From the NCBI RefSeq assembly GCF_008831285.2, contig NC_045138.2, positions 12,834,001 through 12,898,000 on the forward strand: 64,000 nt of DNA, written 5' to 3'. The position numbers were made by a program, and so were the translations under genes. The DNA is from Nymphaea colorata. Taxonomy: Eukaryota. Below, one piece after another: positions 1 to 15,000 of this stretch (position 1 is its first letter; every line of letters begins with the position of its first letter). The notes under the pieces were generated by a model. The model made no database searches, was not told where the DNA came from, and saw nothing but the letters and a program-made list of their open reading frames with translations.

Positions 1-3000
1 ATGTGCTGCATCCAATCTAAATACTGTGCAAGAGAAGAATGCAAGTGCATTTTATTATCTATGATTGATATCAATTACGTTAGTGCTATATTATGTCCGG
101 CATCTAAGTGCTCCGGCTTTCAGAAAAATTCTACAAGCAGAGGTTCCTTCTATGGAAACATATCCCCTTATCAACTTTACCTACAAGGTACATTTGATGG
201 AAAGTGAAAAGATGTGCCGCATTTAAAGACCATCTATCTTTGCTTGTCCTGGTAAATGCTTGTAACAGTTTTTCTCATCCCTTACAAATATATGTTAACA
301 TTCCCTTAATTTTCGTTCTGTAATCTCGCACAAACAAAGCTGAATCTCAACAGCAAGAAATGGCTCTAAAGGCCTAAAATATCAAAGTCCTGAAACCTGT
401 TTCAGTGGATGCAACCTGACTAACTAGAGTTAGATGATATATAGATTAGCTTCCAAATCTGCCTTGACATGTTAGCACTAAGACCCTCTTAAAGTGCACA
501 TCTAGGAACTTTAAGCTTTTTTTCTGTAAGCAAAAAATGGATATAATTCGATGTCTAAAGTTAAAAGTTACGTGTAATGCAAATAGTAAAAGTAATTATG
601 AACAGCCTAACATGTTCTTTACCACATAAAAAAACATTATCAAGTTACCATGTGTAACTGGATGAAAAAAGTCTCTTCATCCTCAAAGTACAAAGAGGCA
701 AGGAAAAGTAGAAGGGAAAAAATGAGGCACGACATATAAAAGCTTTTCAGGTGCAAGGAACTAAGAATAAGTACATGTGACATTCCATGTCACTGCAAAG
801 ACATCAAAGTATCTGAAAGAGAGAGATCAGAAGAGAAGAGTTTTTAGTTTTCCATAACATATGTTACACTTCAATTTCATAATAAAACAAAAAAAAAATT
901 CCCTGTGACCATAAACACATATCATCAAGGGAATAGAAGTGTGCTCAAGCCTGCATAGAAAGTGAAATATATATTGCAAGTATGAAACCATTTACAAAAA
1001 TATAATACTTGAACATGAAATACGTGAGACTTAAATGTGTGGACCCAACATGACTGCTGTAAATTACTCAAAACTAGCTTCAAACACATCTACCCTAGCA
1101 CATTTAGCTTCAAGTTTATGCACCAAGAAACTTGAGCTTTCAATTGATTCATCTCGTGAACTTGAGGTTTGAGTTCATGCACCTTATCACCATCTCACTA
1201 AGCTTTTCGTCTATATCAGATATCTCATTTTTCATTTATGCATTTTCTTAAAGAAGTGCAGTCTTGCTTGGACCGACAATCATTGTACTGTGAAGCCTTC
1301 ACACCTATGCGCATTATCCATACTCATCCATGATCAAATTCCTAAGTTTTAATAAAGGTATAGGGTTTTATCAAACCTATGAGTTCCAGCATGGAACGAG
1401 GCAGGTTGATCGACTAGGATATTCAAAGGCTGTAGAAGAAAGGCAGATTCAAAGTCCCACAAAGTACTATTTAATGTTTTCATCCTGGACTTGATCAACT
1501 CACCCTAAAGCACTGGGAGGCCGTGGATGATCTCCTAACCAAAATCAAAGTAAAGCATGGTACCTTACCCTAGTCTCAAATGATGAACTTTGTAATAGCT
1601 AGGGAAGCAGTGGTGTAATATTAAGAGATTGTGTGACATGAAGACACTGATAACAATATGGGAGAAGTACCACAAAATCTCTGCATAATCACAAAGATAT
1701 GGAAAGCAATGAAAACTAAATACTCTATTATTAGAGTAAGACCTATTGACTCAAACTTGCAAAGTGAAGCAATGAGAAAGGCTTAAAAGGAATGAGCAAA
1801 ATGTAGCCTAATGTCATCATCAAAGCCCTCACTTAACCGTTAGAGCTTGTTTGATAAGCAAAGCCCACAAAGTGTTCCCAACAAAAGCCTATTGTCCATA
1901 AGAAACGATGGGTGTAAAAAAACAAAGAAAACTCAACTTGAGAAAAACCCAATCAAGCAAGAAAGAAGGCCATTGACTTTCATGGTTTATTCTCAAGTAA
2001 GAGTCAAGCTCAAGTTTGAGAAGGGCAGTTTGTAACGGATACTCCACTTTCTGTGTTGGAGCTCACTTCTAAAGTAAAGTGCAATAATGCTTTCTCATGA
2101 GAGGTTTGTTAAATGACTTGTTTATGACAGCTGCTTCCTCTATTGATTCTACATGTGAGACTTTGCATACAAAAGACAGTACTGAATTCCTGAGGAAGAA
2201 AGATAACTTCTCTCCTCCTTGCTTTCATGCACACTAGACTAACATGTTGAAAGTGATGTCATTGTTTTGATTCCCATTCACTAACATTGACAGAAGAATG
2301 GAAAGGGACTAGCCTTATAGGGGACTTCCCTGAAAATATATAAACTCATATCGGAGCATGAAAATCCTATCGAGGCTAAGATCGCTTGAAATCATACCAC
2401 ATTCTCAATAGGACTGTTAAAATGACAATCTGAGGCTTCCTTCTTCTCACATTCATGTCAATATCAATCACCATTCCCCTTTTTGGGGAAAACTAGCAAA
2501 TAGCATTTTCCTATAAATGGCATGTCAAAAATGAGAATGCACAATGGAGGCTCATAGAAAGATTCCCAAGTAACAATTGTTCTCCTCCAGATATGAGTGG
2601 AACCCATTTAATAGTAGCTTTTAATCTGCCCCAATATCAATACATGGAGGTAATGTAGATTGAGTGAACAAACATAGATGTGGGCTCAACCGAGATAGAC
2701 TAATAGCTAGTACCTAGCTCATTGAGTAACACAGGAGCACCAAAGATCATTCAACTGGTCCTTCCTGCTCCTGCAGCATAAAGCAATACTTCATTGTAGT
2801 TAATTCAAGAAATACATAATTCGACACACCTTTCACCACATATGGTGCAAGTATCCATGATTGACTTTAATGGAATTTTTTTGATGCACAATAAGGGAAT
2901 TCAAAGGATGGAAATTGGAAGCAAGAAGTTAATTTTTCTTCAATTCAATGTTGAAGGTTTGTATAGGCTTACTATTGATGATTGCTCACCATGCACTCCA

Positions 3001-3694
3001 TTGACATCTATCGGCAAGGAAGGACTTAGAAGAAATGATAAAAGGACTCTACATTAGCTTCAATATGCCCCAAGAAGATAACTAAGGTATTGGGGTCAAA
3101 GTGGAGGAATATATGCTACATCTCTGCACCATATGTTACTTTAATAACCATGGTAAAAAACTGCCAAGGGGAAGATCTTTTTTGAAGTATTCCATAATCA
3201 TTCAATTCAGGAGATCCTCTTCTACATGGTAGATATCTCACCCTTATAAAATCTGATACCTAGTTGGTTGTGGATTCATGGTGAAAACATTATGTTGTCC
3301 ACCCTACATCAATCTATAAAATGGAGCTAAGGAGTCAATCTATAAAATGGAGCTGAAGGGATGTTATCACCATTGTGCTCACAGAAGACATAGAAGAGTG
3401 GTTGCCATAGCTTGCATGCATAGTGAAGGTTTCCAGCATTGGCAGGAAGAATAGATCACCTTGGGTGAGAGTTTGAAGATCTTAAAGCTCCAGGAGTCCA
3501 TGAAACATGTAAAGTTAGTAGTTTAATGGCAAAATCCAACAGTTTTCAAACTTGGAGGGTTGATTGATGACCAAGATATCAAGAATCATCCTCTATGTGA
3601 AATTTCATTAAAGTCAAGAATGATTTCCACCTAGTATGCAAGCATGAGTGTCAATCGTTTAGAGAATTTGACAAGAAAAAGATGAATATGCGGA

Positions 3695-4176
3695 TAGGGC
3701 TGCACAACGAGCCGAGCTAACTCGAGCTCAACTCGAACTCGCTCAAAAAAACTCGGCTCGTGCTCGACTCGTTTATAAATGAGCCAAGTTCGAGTGTACA
3801 AAGATACTCAAAATGATAAATGGGATGAGTTTGAGTTTCAGGAATTCGACTCGTTTATACGAGACTCAACTCGCAAACAGGTACTCTATATAATATTGTC
3901 AAAACTGGTTCACCGGTTTTAACTTTTAGGGTAAAAACAAATTTTCACAAGTTACACGAGTTAAACGCTTACACGAGTTAAATGAGTTAATGCTTACACG
4001 AGTTAACGTTAAACGAGTTAATGCCTAAATGAGTTAAATGAATTAAATGAGTCGAGTTCTAGCTTGATTTTGTGTAGTCGAGTCGAGCTCGAGCTTGCTA
4101 TAAGGAGCTTGACTTGAGTTCGAGCCGAGCTCAAGTTGGCCAAGCTCAGGCTCTACTTGGCTCGTGTGCAGCCCTA
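3695..4176. mobile_element. hAT-type MITE (TAGGGCTGCAC family)
   Basis: TIRs are TAGGGCTGCACA and TGTGCAGCCCTA, with TSD TATGCGGA/TATGTGGA and CTCGA/GAGTT subterminal motifs. Confidence 0.88.
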
Positions 4177-4553
4177 TATGTGGAGCTAGTGATTCTACCA
4201 AGGCATGCCTTTATTGGTGAAATGCCAATATAACCTAGTTCACTTATTATAGAATGCTAACATGTTACTTTACCATGTGATATCAACATACAATACATGT
4301 GAGGGGATGCTAGAGGGGGCTATGATTACATGTGAATATTAAATTGATATTGAAACTTATGAAAAAGTTTTGATTGAGAAGTCTTCTTATAAGGGAACTT
4401 TCATATACTATACTCTACTTCAAAGAATAAGAATTGTAGCATTCATAGTGCACATTATACTCATTACCTGCATTCCTTCTACCAAAATAGCATTATCAAT
4501 GCCAACACTTGTATCATTTGACGACCGGAAATAGTATGTCCCTCACATTCATC

Positions 4554-4994
4554 TAGGGCTGCACATGAACAGAGTTGAGTTCGAGTTGGGCCAGCTCGAG
4601 TTCGACTTGACTCAGAAAACTCGAGCTCAAACTCGACTCGAACTTGAGTCGAGCTTGATAGAACAAGTTGATCAAACTCAACTCAATGATGCAATGCTAA
4701 GTTTGAGCTCGACTCAATTAACTCGCTTTTATTAAGCATGTCTTGTTTCTTTTAACTAATTTAGTTGCTACTCATTTAACTATTTTTTTTCATTATCATT
4801 CCACATTCATTATATAGTCGAGCTGAGTCGTGTTTAAATGAGTTGAGTTCTTATAACCAAAACTCGTCTCATTTAACATTTTGAGCATACATTTGAACTC
4901 GAGCTCGACTCATCTATAAACAAACTATGCTTGAGTCGAGTTTTGATGAGAGTTTGATTTGAGCTCGGTTGGTTCGACTCATTGCGCAGCGCTA
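4554..4994. mobile_element. hAT-type MITE (TAGGGCTGCAC family)
   Basis: TIRs are TAGGGCTGCACA and TGCGCAGCGCTA, with a perfect 8-bp TSD CATTCATC. Confidence 0.88.
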
Positions 4995-6099
4995 CATTCA
5001 TCATTCTCATTGCTTGCAATATCAACACTTTTGGGTGTGTCATTCTCGCATTTGCATTAAATATTTTCGACTGCAAAATTTTCATGTAAAGTGAACCTTG
5101 TGATTGTGTCATTCATGCAATTGCTCTGCTTATGTACTCACTGTCCATTGGTTCAAATTTAGATTCTTCAGAACTAATAGATGCTCATGATAACATCGTT
5201 ACCAAGCAATCTAATGTACATAAATTCAACGAATCAACTATGGCTCTATTTAACAAGCAACAAAGCACAATTTGAGAAACATTTATAGCCAAAAACAGAT
5301 ACGCAATTTAGTCATGGATGAATGCATTCACTATATTATTAAGTGAAAACTGATATTTGATTTAGTTCTATGTTGTGAATGTTTCATTAGTTTTTGGTGA
5401 AAAACAATGTGCAATTTGGTTCCAAGATGTGCGATTTGTTCCAAGATGTATGATTTGATTGCAAATGTGCGATTTAAGAAGTGATCAACTTGCATGTCCA
5501 ACCAGTTGCCGACCAAGATTAATGCAAAAATAATTGGACGGGTTCCAAACTGTTGCTATAGCATTTTCTTGTCATGTCTATAATCAAGCGAACTTGTTCC
5601 CAGGTGAAAATGTTCATATAATTTCTTCGAGTACCAAACCTTCAAAATGAAGTTCCAGAGTCTGCAATAACAGCGTGCCATTGTAAATATAATGCACACG
5701 ATTTGAAGAAAAGGCTAAAAGCCCAACAACTTTGTAGGTGACTCTTATTGTTTAGTTTCTTTATTCATTTCTTCAATATAACTTCCTTTAATACTATTGT
5801 TTTCTTCTTCATGATTTATTGTCATTGTGCTTGACGAATATGGAGATGAGTAGATGTTTATCAATGCAGGTCGAAGCCGACCGTTTGCCAAACGTAGTTG
5901 GCAGATTTTTCATCAAGGTAGAAAGGTAGATTGTTAAATTGGTTGAAGTGAACCCCTCCTCTATGTGGAAGGGAAATGCCTGCAAAGGTCGGAGAGAGGC
6001 TGGTAGACCATCAGTTACAATTTTTTGTGTTGCAAAATGCAAGCTCAACCATAGTGGAAGTCCAAGATTTTTTTTTTTAAATCTACACACAAAATGGGA

Positions 6100-6224
6100 A
6101 GAGAAGATAGATTTTATGGGCCCCATAGTCGACGCCGCGAACGATTTAATCAAACGCGGGACACAACTTGGCCGGAGGGAATGACTTTTCGTTTTCGCTA
6201 GCACAGCGGTTGAGATTGAGGTCG
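6100..6224 (+). promoter_or_regulatory. Probable ZDP proximal promoter / 5' UTR
   Basis: CpG content rises just upstream of exon 1, and there is a site II-like TGGGCC at 6117-6122. This is positional inference only. Confidence 0.35.
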
Positions 6225-9200
6225 ATGCTCGGGGCGCCTTTCCACTCGCAGAGGTCGGACCGTTGTCTTCTTCTTCCGAGCTTTTCCTTCCTCTGTTATC
6301 GCCCCCGGAATCGAAGGCCTTCGTCCATGGCGTCGAAAATAGTAGCAGAGTACGCCAAGTCGGCGCGTTCGTCGTGTAAGAAATGCGGCGTCTCTATATC
6401 GAAGGATGAGTTGAGGTTAGGGGTCGTTTCGAGAGATACCAGAGGATTCGATGTCACGAAATGGCACCATTTCCAGTGCTTCCCGTCCGGACTGACAACC
6501 ACGGCGGAGAAGATCGGGGGATTCGTGTCTCTTAAGGTTCGGGACGGTTCTACTTGGATTAGTATCTTTAGACGTTGATGATGGCTGATGGTCCCTTTGT
6601 TTTTTCTACTGTATCTTTTATTTTTTTGTGTGCAGAAACTCGATCAGGAGGCCCTGGTAAAATCGTTTGCTGGTGGTACGGAAACGGAAGTGACTGTAAG
6701 TGTTGCCAAATTGTTTAGGTTCTTTCAACTTTTCCCGGTGAGAAACGAGTGTTTAAGGTGGAGGTCATGGATGCATGACAGTGTTTGTTCCTTAGTTGTA
6801 TCCTGAAGACGGTTGGATGGATTTCTTATTCAAATCCCACGTTTACGATTTGAAGTGTTCGGCTGGAACTTGATTTTTATGGAGTTTCAAATTTAAAGTC
6901 AAAATAAATATCCAAATGAGGACATGAATCTCTACTCTCTGGGTGTAGAATGTGCCACTACGGTGTGCAAGTTCCGGTACTCGAATTTGGGATTTTGTGG
7001 TTATTGCTTTTCCTTCTTTTCCTCAATCACATGTTTTCCGTTGTATCATATGTTCCTGTAAAAGTTCAGTTGGTATCTCCTAGGCTTGGTCACGTTTTTC
7101 TTGTGATTTTTAGAATGCATTTTTTTTTTCTAAATATTGACGTTATATGCATGATCCGATTGTGATCATAGTATGTTACGCCGACATATATTTTCATCAG
7201 TATAGGAAATTTTACTATTATGTAGGAATTGTATAGTTTGCAGCAACGCCTATAATAACCTTTTGGGATTTTGAAGTTATCAGCTTTTTGATGCCGCTGA
7301 AATACCTCCTTGCTTTCCATCTCAGAGTATTCACATTGCCGAGAAAAGCAATAATTTTTATTCTGGAGTTGACTGTCAAGAGCAGGGGAATTCAAAGAAA
7401 CTGAAGGTGGATATTTGTTTAACTCGGTGCTTCTTGTGGTTTTCTCCTCTTTAATGGTTACTCCATAGTTAATTTTCCTACTATATCCTCAAACAACCTC
7501 CATCTTGCATGCAAAGTTTGTCTCATGGCTGGTTGCTATTCGCTAATTATATTAATTGATTACAATATTTATATCAGTGTCATATAAAACATGTTTTATT
7601 TAAAAAAACATTAAAAAAATGTTAAAAACAGGTCAGTCGAAAAAGCGGGAAAAACAATTTTTTTAAAAAAATGCCACAATGAAAAAAGAGCAAAGAACCA
7701 TGCTTTTTTAAAGTTTCTTTTCGCGTTTTGTTCACTTTTTTTTTTCAAATTTTTGCATTTTTGTGGTTTTTTCACAATTTTTACATTTTTTTAGTTACCA
7801 GATTTTTTTTCTCATTTTTCACATGTTATTTAGGATCTTTACTTTTCTAACCTTCTTAAATTTGCCAAGTTTGTCCAGAGGAAAACAACTGTGCTACATT
7901 GTACCTGAGAAAAACCTTGCTGTTTAATATCTGAAAATGATATTTGTGACAATATTTATATTTATTCTTTTTGCAATTTTAATTCTCCCATGGTGAAGAA
8001 GCAACTAATTCTGGTATTGGTCCACAAGCAGTAAGAATTCTGCTTACGAATGTAAGTTCTACAAATCGGTCTTCTGATCACATTCATATGTGGTACTTAT
8101 TGCTTTTTTTCTTTTTTCAATGTCAATTTTTATTCTAAAATAATGACTGAGTAGCTAACGTGAGACTGTTGAAATTGCAAATGCAAATGAGTCCATCTTT
8201 TCTGGAAGAAAGTAAAACTGCACTGCTATCCCTTGTTCCCCTTCTTGTCAATTGTTATATCTAGTGCAGTTGGGATGCTAGGTTTACCATATTTTACTGT
8301 GTTCCATGGATTAGCTTGTTCTTCTCTAGGTTTACTCGCTCCCTCTTACTTGAGGCAAATCAAAGCATGAGATTTTGCAAGAGATGTATACAACGGGGAA
8401 ACATATCGAAAATTAAGGTATTAAAAAACAATGACTTTCTGCCAATAATTTGTTCCCTTGGTTGGAAGAGAAATTTGTAAACAGTTCTTTTCTCTATTGT
8501 CCATCCTTTGCCTCCAAGTATTTCTTTTTTGGTTGGAAGAGAATTCTGCAACAGTTGAAATCAATAACTTTTGCCTTTTCTTCTCTCTTCCATTATCCTT
8601 GGCGCTTCATTGGTTAAACTTTTGAGCTCTCCCAAGTCCCATGCCCAACCAGAATATGCACAAACTTGCAGCAAGGGATGCTTTGGTTTGTTTTGAACTT
8701 TGTCCTGTCCAATTTGTGTCAACCACAAATTCAACCTGCTAAGTGTGCAATCATGTCTTTTGCTGTTCATGAAAAATCTCCCTTTTCGTTTGTTTAGTTT
8801 TTCAAATGTTCATCAATGAGTGCACCATTCAATCAAAGATTCAAAATGAAGCTCTTCAAGCCACTAAATCGGCGTGGTAAGAATCAGTTAGTACTTAGTA
8901 CATGCCCTAGAACTGCTAAATTAGGTGATTTGTATGCATATAAGTGATGTTTCATTCATTAAAAGTTTAGCTAGAGTTTTATGGTATACATATTGGTTAT
9001 TTCAGGTTCAGTTACTCGAATCTTTTTCTTTTTCCCTTTTTTTTTCGCAAAACCAAGAAAACAAGTTTGTATTTGTTTATGAGGTTATGTATGATGCTAC
9101 ACTGGAATACAAAAAGACAAGTATGAAACTTGCATTTATCTTGGAAGCGATAATCTGTATTAGAAGTCATTAATCTGGGTCTGTATCAAATGAGATCAGA

Positions 9201-11774
9201 TCAGTCATATATACTGTGTGTCAATCCACAGGTGTAATTTGCAAGCTGTAATTTTGTTTACAACCTAAGGGCCTTCATATTAAGCTGCTCTGGTATGATG
9301 TTAGATTTTCTGTTGTTTACACCAGATTCATCTAGTGCAAGGGAGAGGAAGGAAGAAGAAAGAAATAAGCATAAAACCTAAGTCACATGGATATGAGGAT
9401 AAGGCCTCCGTAACACAATGATGTGGGTAGTGGGACAAATTACGTACTCATATTACGAAAACAAGCTTAAACATTTAAAGCATGCAAACCATTCAACAAA
9501 TATATATATATTTTTTAAATGCAATATTAAACATAAGTTTTGTTTTTAAAAGTATACATACTTTCCCATATCCTCGTACCCATATTTTCCAAAATTGCCA
9601 TGCCCATACTCGCATCGCTGTACCTTAACTTATACTTGCAACAACATTAAGCTCTCTCTCTCTCTCATTATATATATATATATATATATAGTGACAATAT
9701 GAGCGACAATGATGCCCTTACGTTATAAGAAAAACGACAACTTGCAATCAAAGTTATGGCTCCTTGCTTTATACATAATATATATGAAGATCCAATTGGA
9801 TCCAGATCCGGACCAATGACTTCTAATAATCTGCTCCTGTGAAATTCAATGGAGCAATCATGTTCTTTTACTTTGGCTCCTTGCTTTATAACTTATAATG
9901 TTCTGTACCACCAGATAACTCTTTCCCTTAAGTCAGTGGAATTTGATTATGGTTATGATTGCCAGATATCTAGCTTCAGCAAAGAAACAGAGGTGCAGAT
10001 GGTAGTGTCTGCTTCTGATATCAAGGATAAGTACAAGGTTTCGTGTCCTTTTTATTCCAGATGCTGTGCATGTTCAGTTTATATTTTTGTGATATGTACA
10101 TTTCTTGTGGAATTCAGGAATCTAATCTTTTACCCAAATGGAAGGCATTTCAGACCGTCATTTTTCTTGCAGATGTGAGTGTCTATCATCTTCAGTTCTT
10201 ATTTAGGAATCTGATTGCCATCAAAGGGATGATATTGACACAAGAAGCATCTCTGTGTATGCAGTTTAATTTTTTTTGAGAATTATGGGTCTTCTCTACT
10301 ATTGTCTGAGCCACTGGTCTGCAATTAACAACCACCATGAATGCTCCTCTGTTTCTCCAGTGATTTACATTTGGATTTAGTATTGGTGGCCATCTGAGTC
10401 CAAATATGGTGCTGTTTGGAACTATTTTGCATGTTTCCTGAATAGCAAAACAAGTGTGAATCAGAGTGCAAACAATTGCATGGAAATTTAAATGGCCAGT
10501 TTTCAAACAATAATCTCAGACTTCACAGTCAATCACACCACAGAGAGCCATCAGTCTTAAAAAACTACTAAAAAACAGTTAAAACCACTGCCACAAATAT
10601 CGCATGTTATTTGAAAAAAAACACGATAAATACGTTAAATATAACTAAGCCGTATAAAACGTCAATAAAACGAGTCTTTTTGAAAAAGACACCATAAAAT
10701 AAAAAACACATTTTTTGCTCTTTTTTACTGGATGTTTGGTTTTTTTTTTAAGTGTTCAGCCAAACCATGAGTTGCTATCTTTTAAATCTATTAAATAAGA
10801 GAGGGAGGTGTAACCTGAAAATTAAACATAATAAAGAAGAGTGCGGAAAGGTGCATGTAGTAATGAAGATTAATTATGTAATAAAGAGGAGAGATTGATG
10901 GTTTACAGAAAATTGGATGCAATAAAGAAGAGAGGGAGAGAAAGCCCAGCTGCTCCTACTAAACCCTAACCGGTAGCTTAACTCCTTCACTATGTCACAT
11001 GGGTACGGATATGGGTGCTGAGCACTTAAGCTTTAGGTATGGAGACATGGTTGGTATGTAAACATTTCCAAAAAAAAGAAAAAACATGAAAAGTACATGA
11101 TATTTGAAAAAATGTTAAAAAAAATAATTTATCACTATTTTAACGTGATTTTCCCGATTTTTTCGACTTTAGTTTCATGTTAACAGACAAACATAAAGTC
11201 ATAAACAAAATCTGATAAAAGCAAGCCATGAACAGACTTAAAGAGTAAGATTGTAAGTGCCAAATCAGATCATATTCATATGATAAAAACACTAGCAGAC
11301 TTCAAGATTACATATTCAGCTGATCAAAAAAAAGAAAAAAAATGTAATCTGGACCTTATTTGTACTGAATACTGATGCAGTTGCACACAGGTTACATGAT
11401 CATATCCATGTGCGCAGATATCAGACTTATACACACACACATGAATACAAAACACATGGTTTTTACAGTCCTCTTCAGACAAAATATAGACTAAAAGATT
11501 AGTGAAACTACGGAACTATGAAAGAAACTGAGAAAGAGCTATGTAACATGGACATTTTTAGAAGTTAGTGGTATCTGTGTCAACGCATCAAGACATTGGT
11601 GCTGGTACGGGACACCGCTTTGACATTACAGACTTAACTTTTGTGATTTTTTGTATATTTTTTTGTATCTATTATATGTTTTTGATCTATTTTAGTATTT
11701 ATTTGTTCAATAATATATATTTTATAAATGTAAACAATCAATTTATGTGCTTTTTTTAGCTTGTCTGCTTAATC

Positions 11775-11837
<63 letters not shown>

Positions 11838-12027
11838 GCATGGCCGTGTCCTCATACCCAAGTTTTTAATAGTACTCTGCACTTGTACCTATACCAGCAC
11901 CTGTACTGGCACCCATATCCATAGCAATGTGTCATAGAGAAAGAGAGACGAAGACATAGAGAAAGAGGGGGGGGGAGAGAGAGAGGCGGAGTTATAGAGA
12001 AAAAGAGAGGCAAAAAGGAAAGGAGAA

Positions 12028-12077
<50 letters not shown>

Positions 12078-15000
12078 CTATTGCTGGAGATCGGTAGCTT
12101 AGCTGGAGATGGTGGGTTTGAGGGTCAAGGGTTTGAAGCTTCAGAAAAATGAGGAAGTGTTGAAGTATTGACCCTTTCTCTCGCCTTTATAGGGGAACAA
12201 CAGAAAACAAAAAAGCCCCAATTTTGGAACCAATTTAGACTTGGCCAATTTTGACTGAGACCAAGAAAGGATAGACACGGCCTCAGGTGCATTGACTACA
12301 CATATCTCTGTCAGAGGTCCATGTCTAGACCTGCATCTGTACTGGTACCGGTGCCCATTTTGGGTCGTGTTGACATAGGTGCATTGCTCAGTTTGAAGTG
12401 TCCATGTTACAACATAGGTTATTACATGATTTTGTACCACATTATACTTCAACATTATATGTTTGTTCCATTACTTTTTTTTACCCTTACTGGGCTTTTC
12501 TCACTTGACCTTTTTCTTCCTCTTCCACATATTCTTCATTAGGTGCTAAGTTTATTTTATGTTTTCTCTGTTTTGTGAAGTTGTAGCTATCTATTTTGCA
12601 TAATCAGTAGGATCTAGAAGATGTTTATAAATAAAGCACAAGCTCTATTTCTCGTAATCTCACATCATGTGTTTATGTTTCTTCACTATTCATCAACTCC
12701 CTTAGAGATGCATATGAAGTAAAATATAGTGATCAAATAATTTGCTTATATCTTTAGATTATATATGGGTATTTTTTAATTGATGTTCAATGCTACTTTG
12801 GAAAACAATTTGACAATTGGACATTTAGATACTATGAAGGTCATCCAGGAGTAATGTACTCCTTTTGCTACCTATGATTAGCCTTTATATGTCTAATCTC
12901 TGGACACATTAATGAAGGATGATGGGCTTCGTGACTCAAATAAAATTGCAGCATTTGATTTTGATGGATGTCTAGCAAAAACATCAGTCAGAAGGTAAGC
13001 TTTTCTTCCTCTTAAAATTCAGTAGTATGCAAAACCTATTTTTTCTTTGTCATAGAAGCAATGAGCCATGGGCAGGAATACTTTTTCCCGATATCGCATA
13101 CATTTGTAGATGAAGCTCTTTTATTCTGTGTGTAGAAATATGGATACCGAGGAAGAGAACAGAAACACACGGATTTCATTTAACATGTAAAACTCGTCAA
13201 AAACAGAGGGATTGAGCATGTTTGACCTGTATGCCCAACTTAAGGGGAAGGGTTCACGAGTTTGTATCTGGACGGGCCATGGGTCCGTCCAAACCCAATC
13301 CATCCATCTCTTATGTGTGGTGTATCGTCACTTAATAGGGGTTAATTAACCCTAATTTGTTTTTTAATGAAATTAGGAGAGTGAGAGAACATCACTCACT
13401 AGTTGCTGTTTTCCATGTTTACCATTTCCTCTTGCAGAGAACTTTGTGCTTACCCATGGATCATAATCCTAAGAAGTTGGAAGCCTAGTTTCCTTGACGT
13501 GAAAACTCATGTTTAAAATTCATCTCATCAATGGTAACATTCTTAAAGATTTTGATGCGCTTGCTGACAGGGTCACAACACCTATATCCTTTGTAATAAT
13601 ATGCATTTGGAAGCTTAGTACTGAATTTATTTCTGAAAAGCTATTAACATGTAAGTAGCAAACATATCTAAATACACAAAAATAATTATAACCTATGTCA
13701 CATGGGTGCGGGTACGATACGGGTACGGGGACACGGCAATTTTCAAAATTTTTGGACACGCGAACACGGTAAATTTTATATTCTCAAAAATGATAAAATG
13801 AAAAAAAAACATTAAATTAATAGTTCACTCTTATAATCTCGTAAGAAAGTTTGTTTTATCACAAAAGTGCTGAGTATTTGAAAGGATTGTTCATGGAAAT
13901 AATTGGATGCATCACAAAAAAATGATAAAATGAAAAAAAAAACATTAAATTAATAGCTTTTATTTTTTGGCGTGTCCTAGCCGTGTCCCGTGTTCGGATC
14001 CGCGTGTCCACATCGACACGGGTACGTGAGCAGTTTAGCTGTGTCCGTGTGTCATAGATTATAACTAGAACACTGCCCAAAAAGAATAAAATAAGGAAAC
14101 TTGTTTGCTGAAATAGTCATGGGGAGCCAACTTGTAATACGCATAATAGTATCATGATTCTAATGAAAATGTTGCTATCAACAATGTCTCAATGTTGTTG
14201 TTTAGCTACACCATTTTGATGATGTCGGTAAGATATTCTATGATTATTCTATCATCTAAAAGAAAGTCAATAGAGTTGTTCAAGAAATACTCACCACCAG
14301 TATCACACTTGACATGCACAATGTTTGAGGAAATACAATTCTTGGCAAGGGCATCTAAATCTTGTAATAAGCCAAATATTCATATTTGTATTTAATAACG
14401 TATATTAAGGTATAATTAAATAGTTGTCAATAAGGATTACATAATGTCAAATTTCAGAAGAAGACCATATAGGGGCAGGTTTCTATATGTCTGAACAAAC
14501 AAGTCTTTGAAGCTATTTGATCGATTAAACTAAAAGGAAGAACATGACTTTTGCATAACTAATAACTTGAACAATTTTTTACATCCAAGCCGAGACCCAA
14601 GGGGGATGCTAAAATAACAATGTCAAACATTTGCTTTTCAATAAATAAACAACTGGAATAATGAAAGTACCATGCTATGGATATGTTGGAACACACTCCA
14701 GTTCCTTTCGCATCCATTAGCACTGCATGTCTGGCTGAGGACTTTGATTGAAAAACGTGCTAGGTTTGGATAATCAAACCCATACCTAGTCCACCACAAA
14801 TCTAAAATAAAATATAACAAATCAATGTGAAAGTTTTAAAAGAATCAAATGTAACAAATGCAAAGTAAATTAAAAATTTCTATGTATTTACTTGGATGTA
14901 TGGTTGTCCTGGCTCGAATGGCGACAGGTTGTCCCATGTTCTGAAAACAAGTATCATATAGATCCAACTCATTGTGCACAACATCTTGTTCTCTAGAATT

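Noticed and set aside
1..290. 68-aa ORF or exon of a neighbouring gene
   Set aside because: No recognisable protein on either strand, and the minus-strand frames stop quickly.
1850..3690. Possible very old LINE relic on the minus strand
   Set aside because: Only faint Cys/Trp-rich hints were seen, and no motif was clear enough to call.
5809..6204. 131-aa antisense ORF upstream of ZDP as a divergent gene
   Set aside because: It has a non-ATG start and no recognisable motif or exon structure.
7985..9385. Possible extra ZDP linker exons near 7990-8030, 8798-8876 and 9326-9381
   Set aside because: Each has only partial splice signals or incompatible phase, and exons 2 and 3 already join in frame. 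cDNA is needed to decide.
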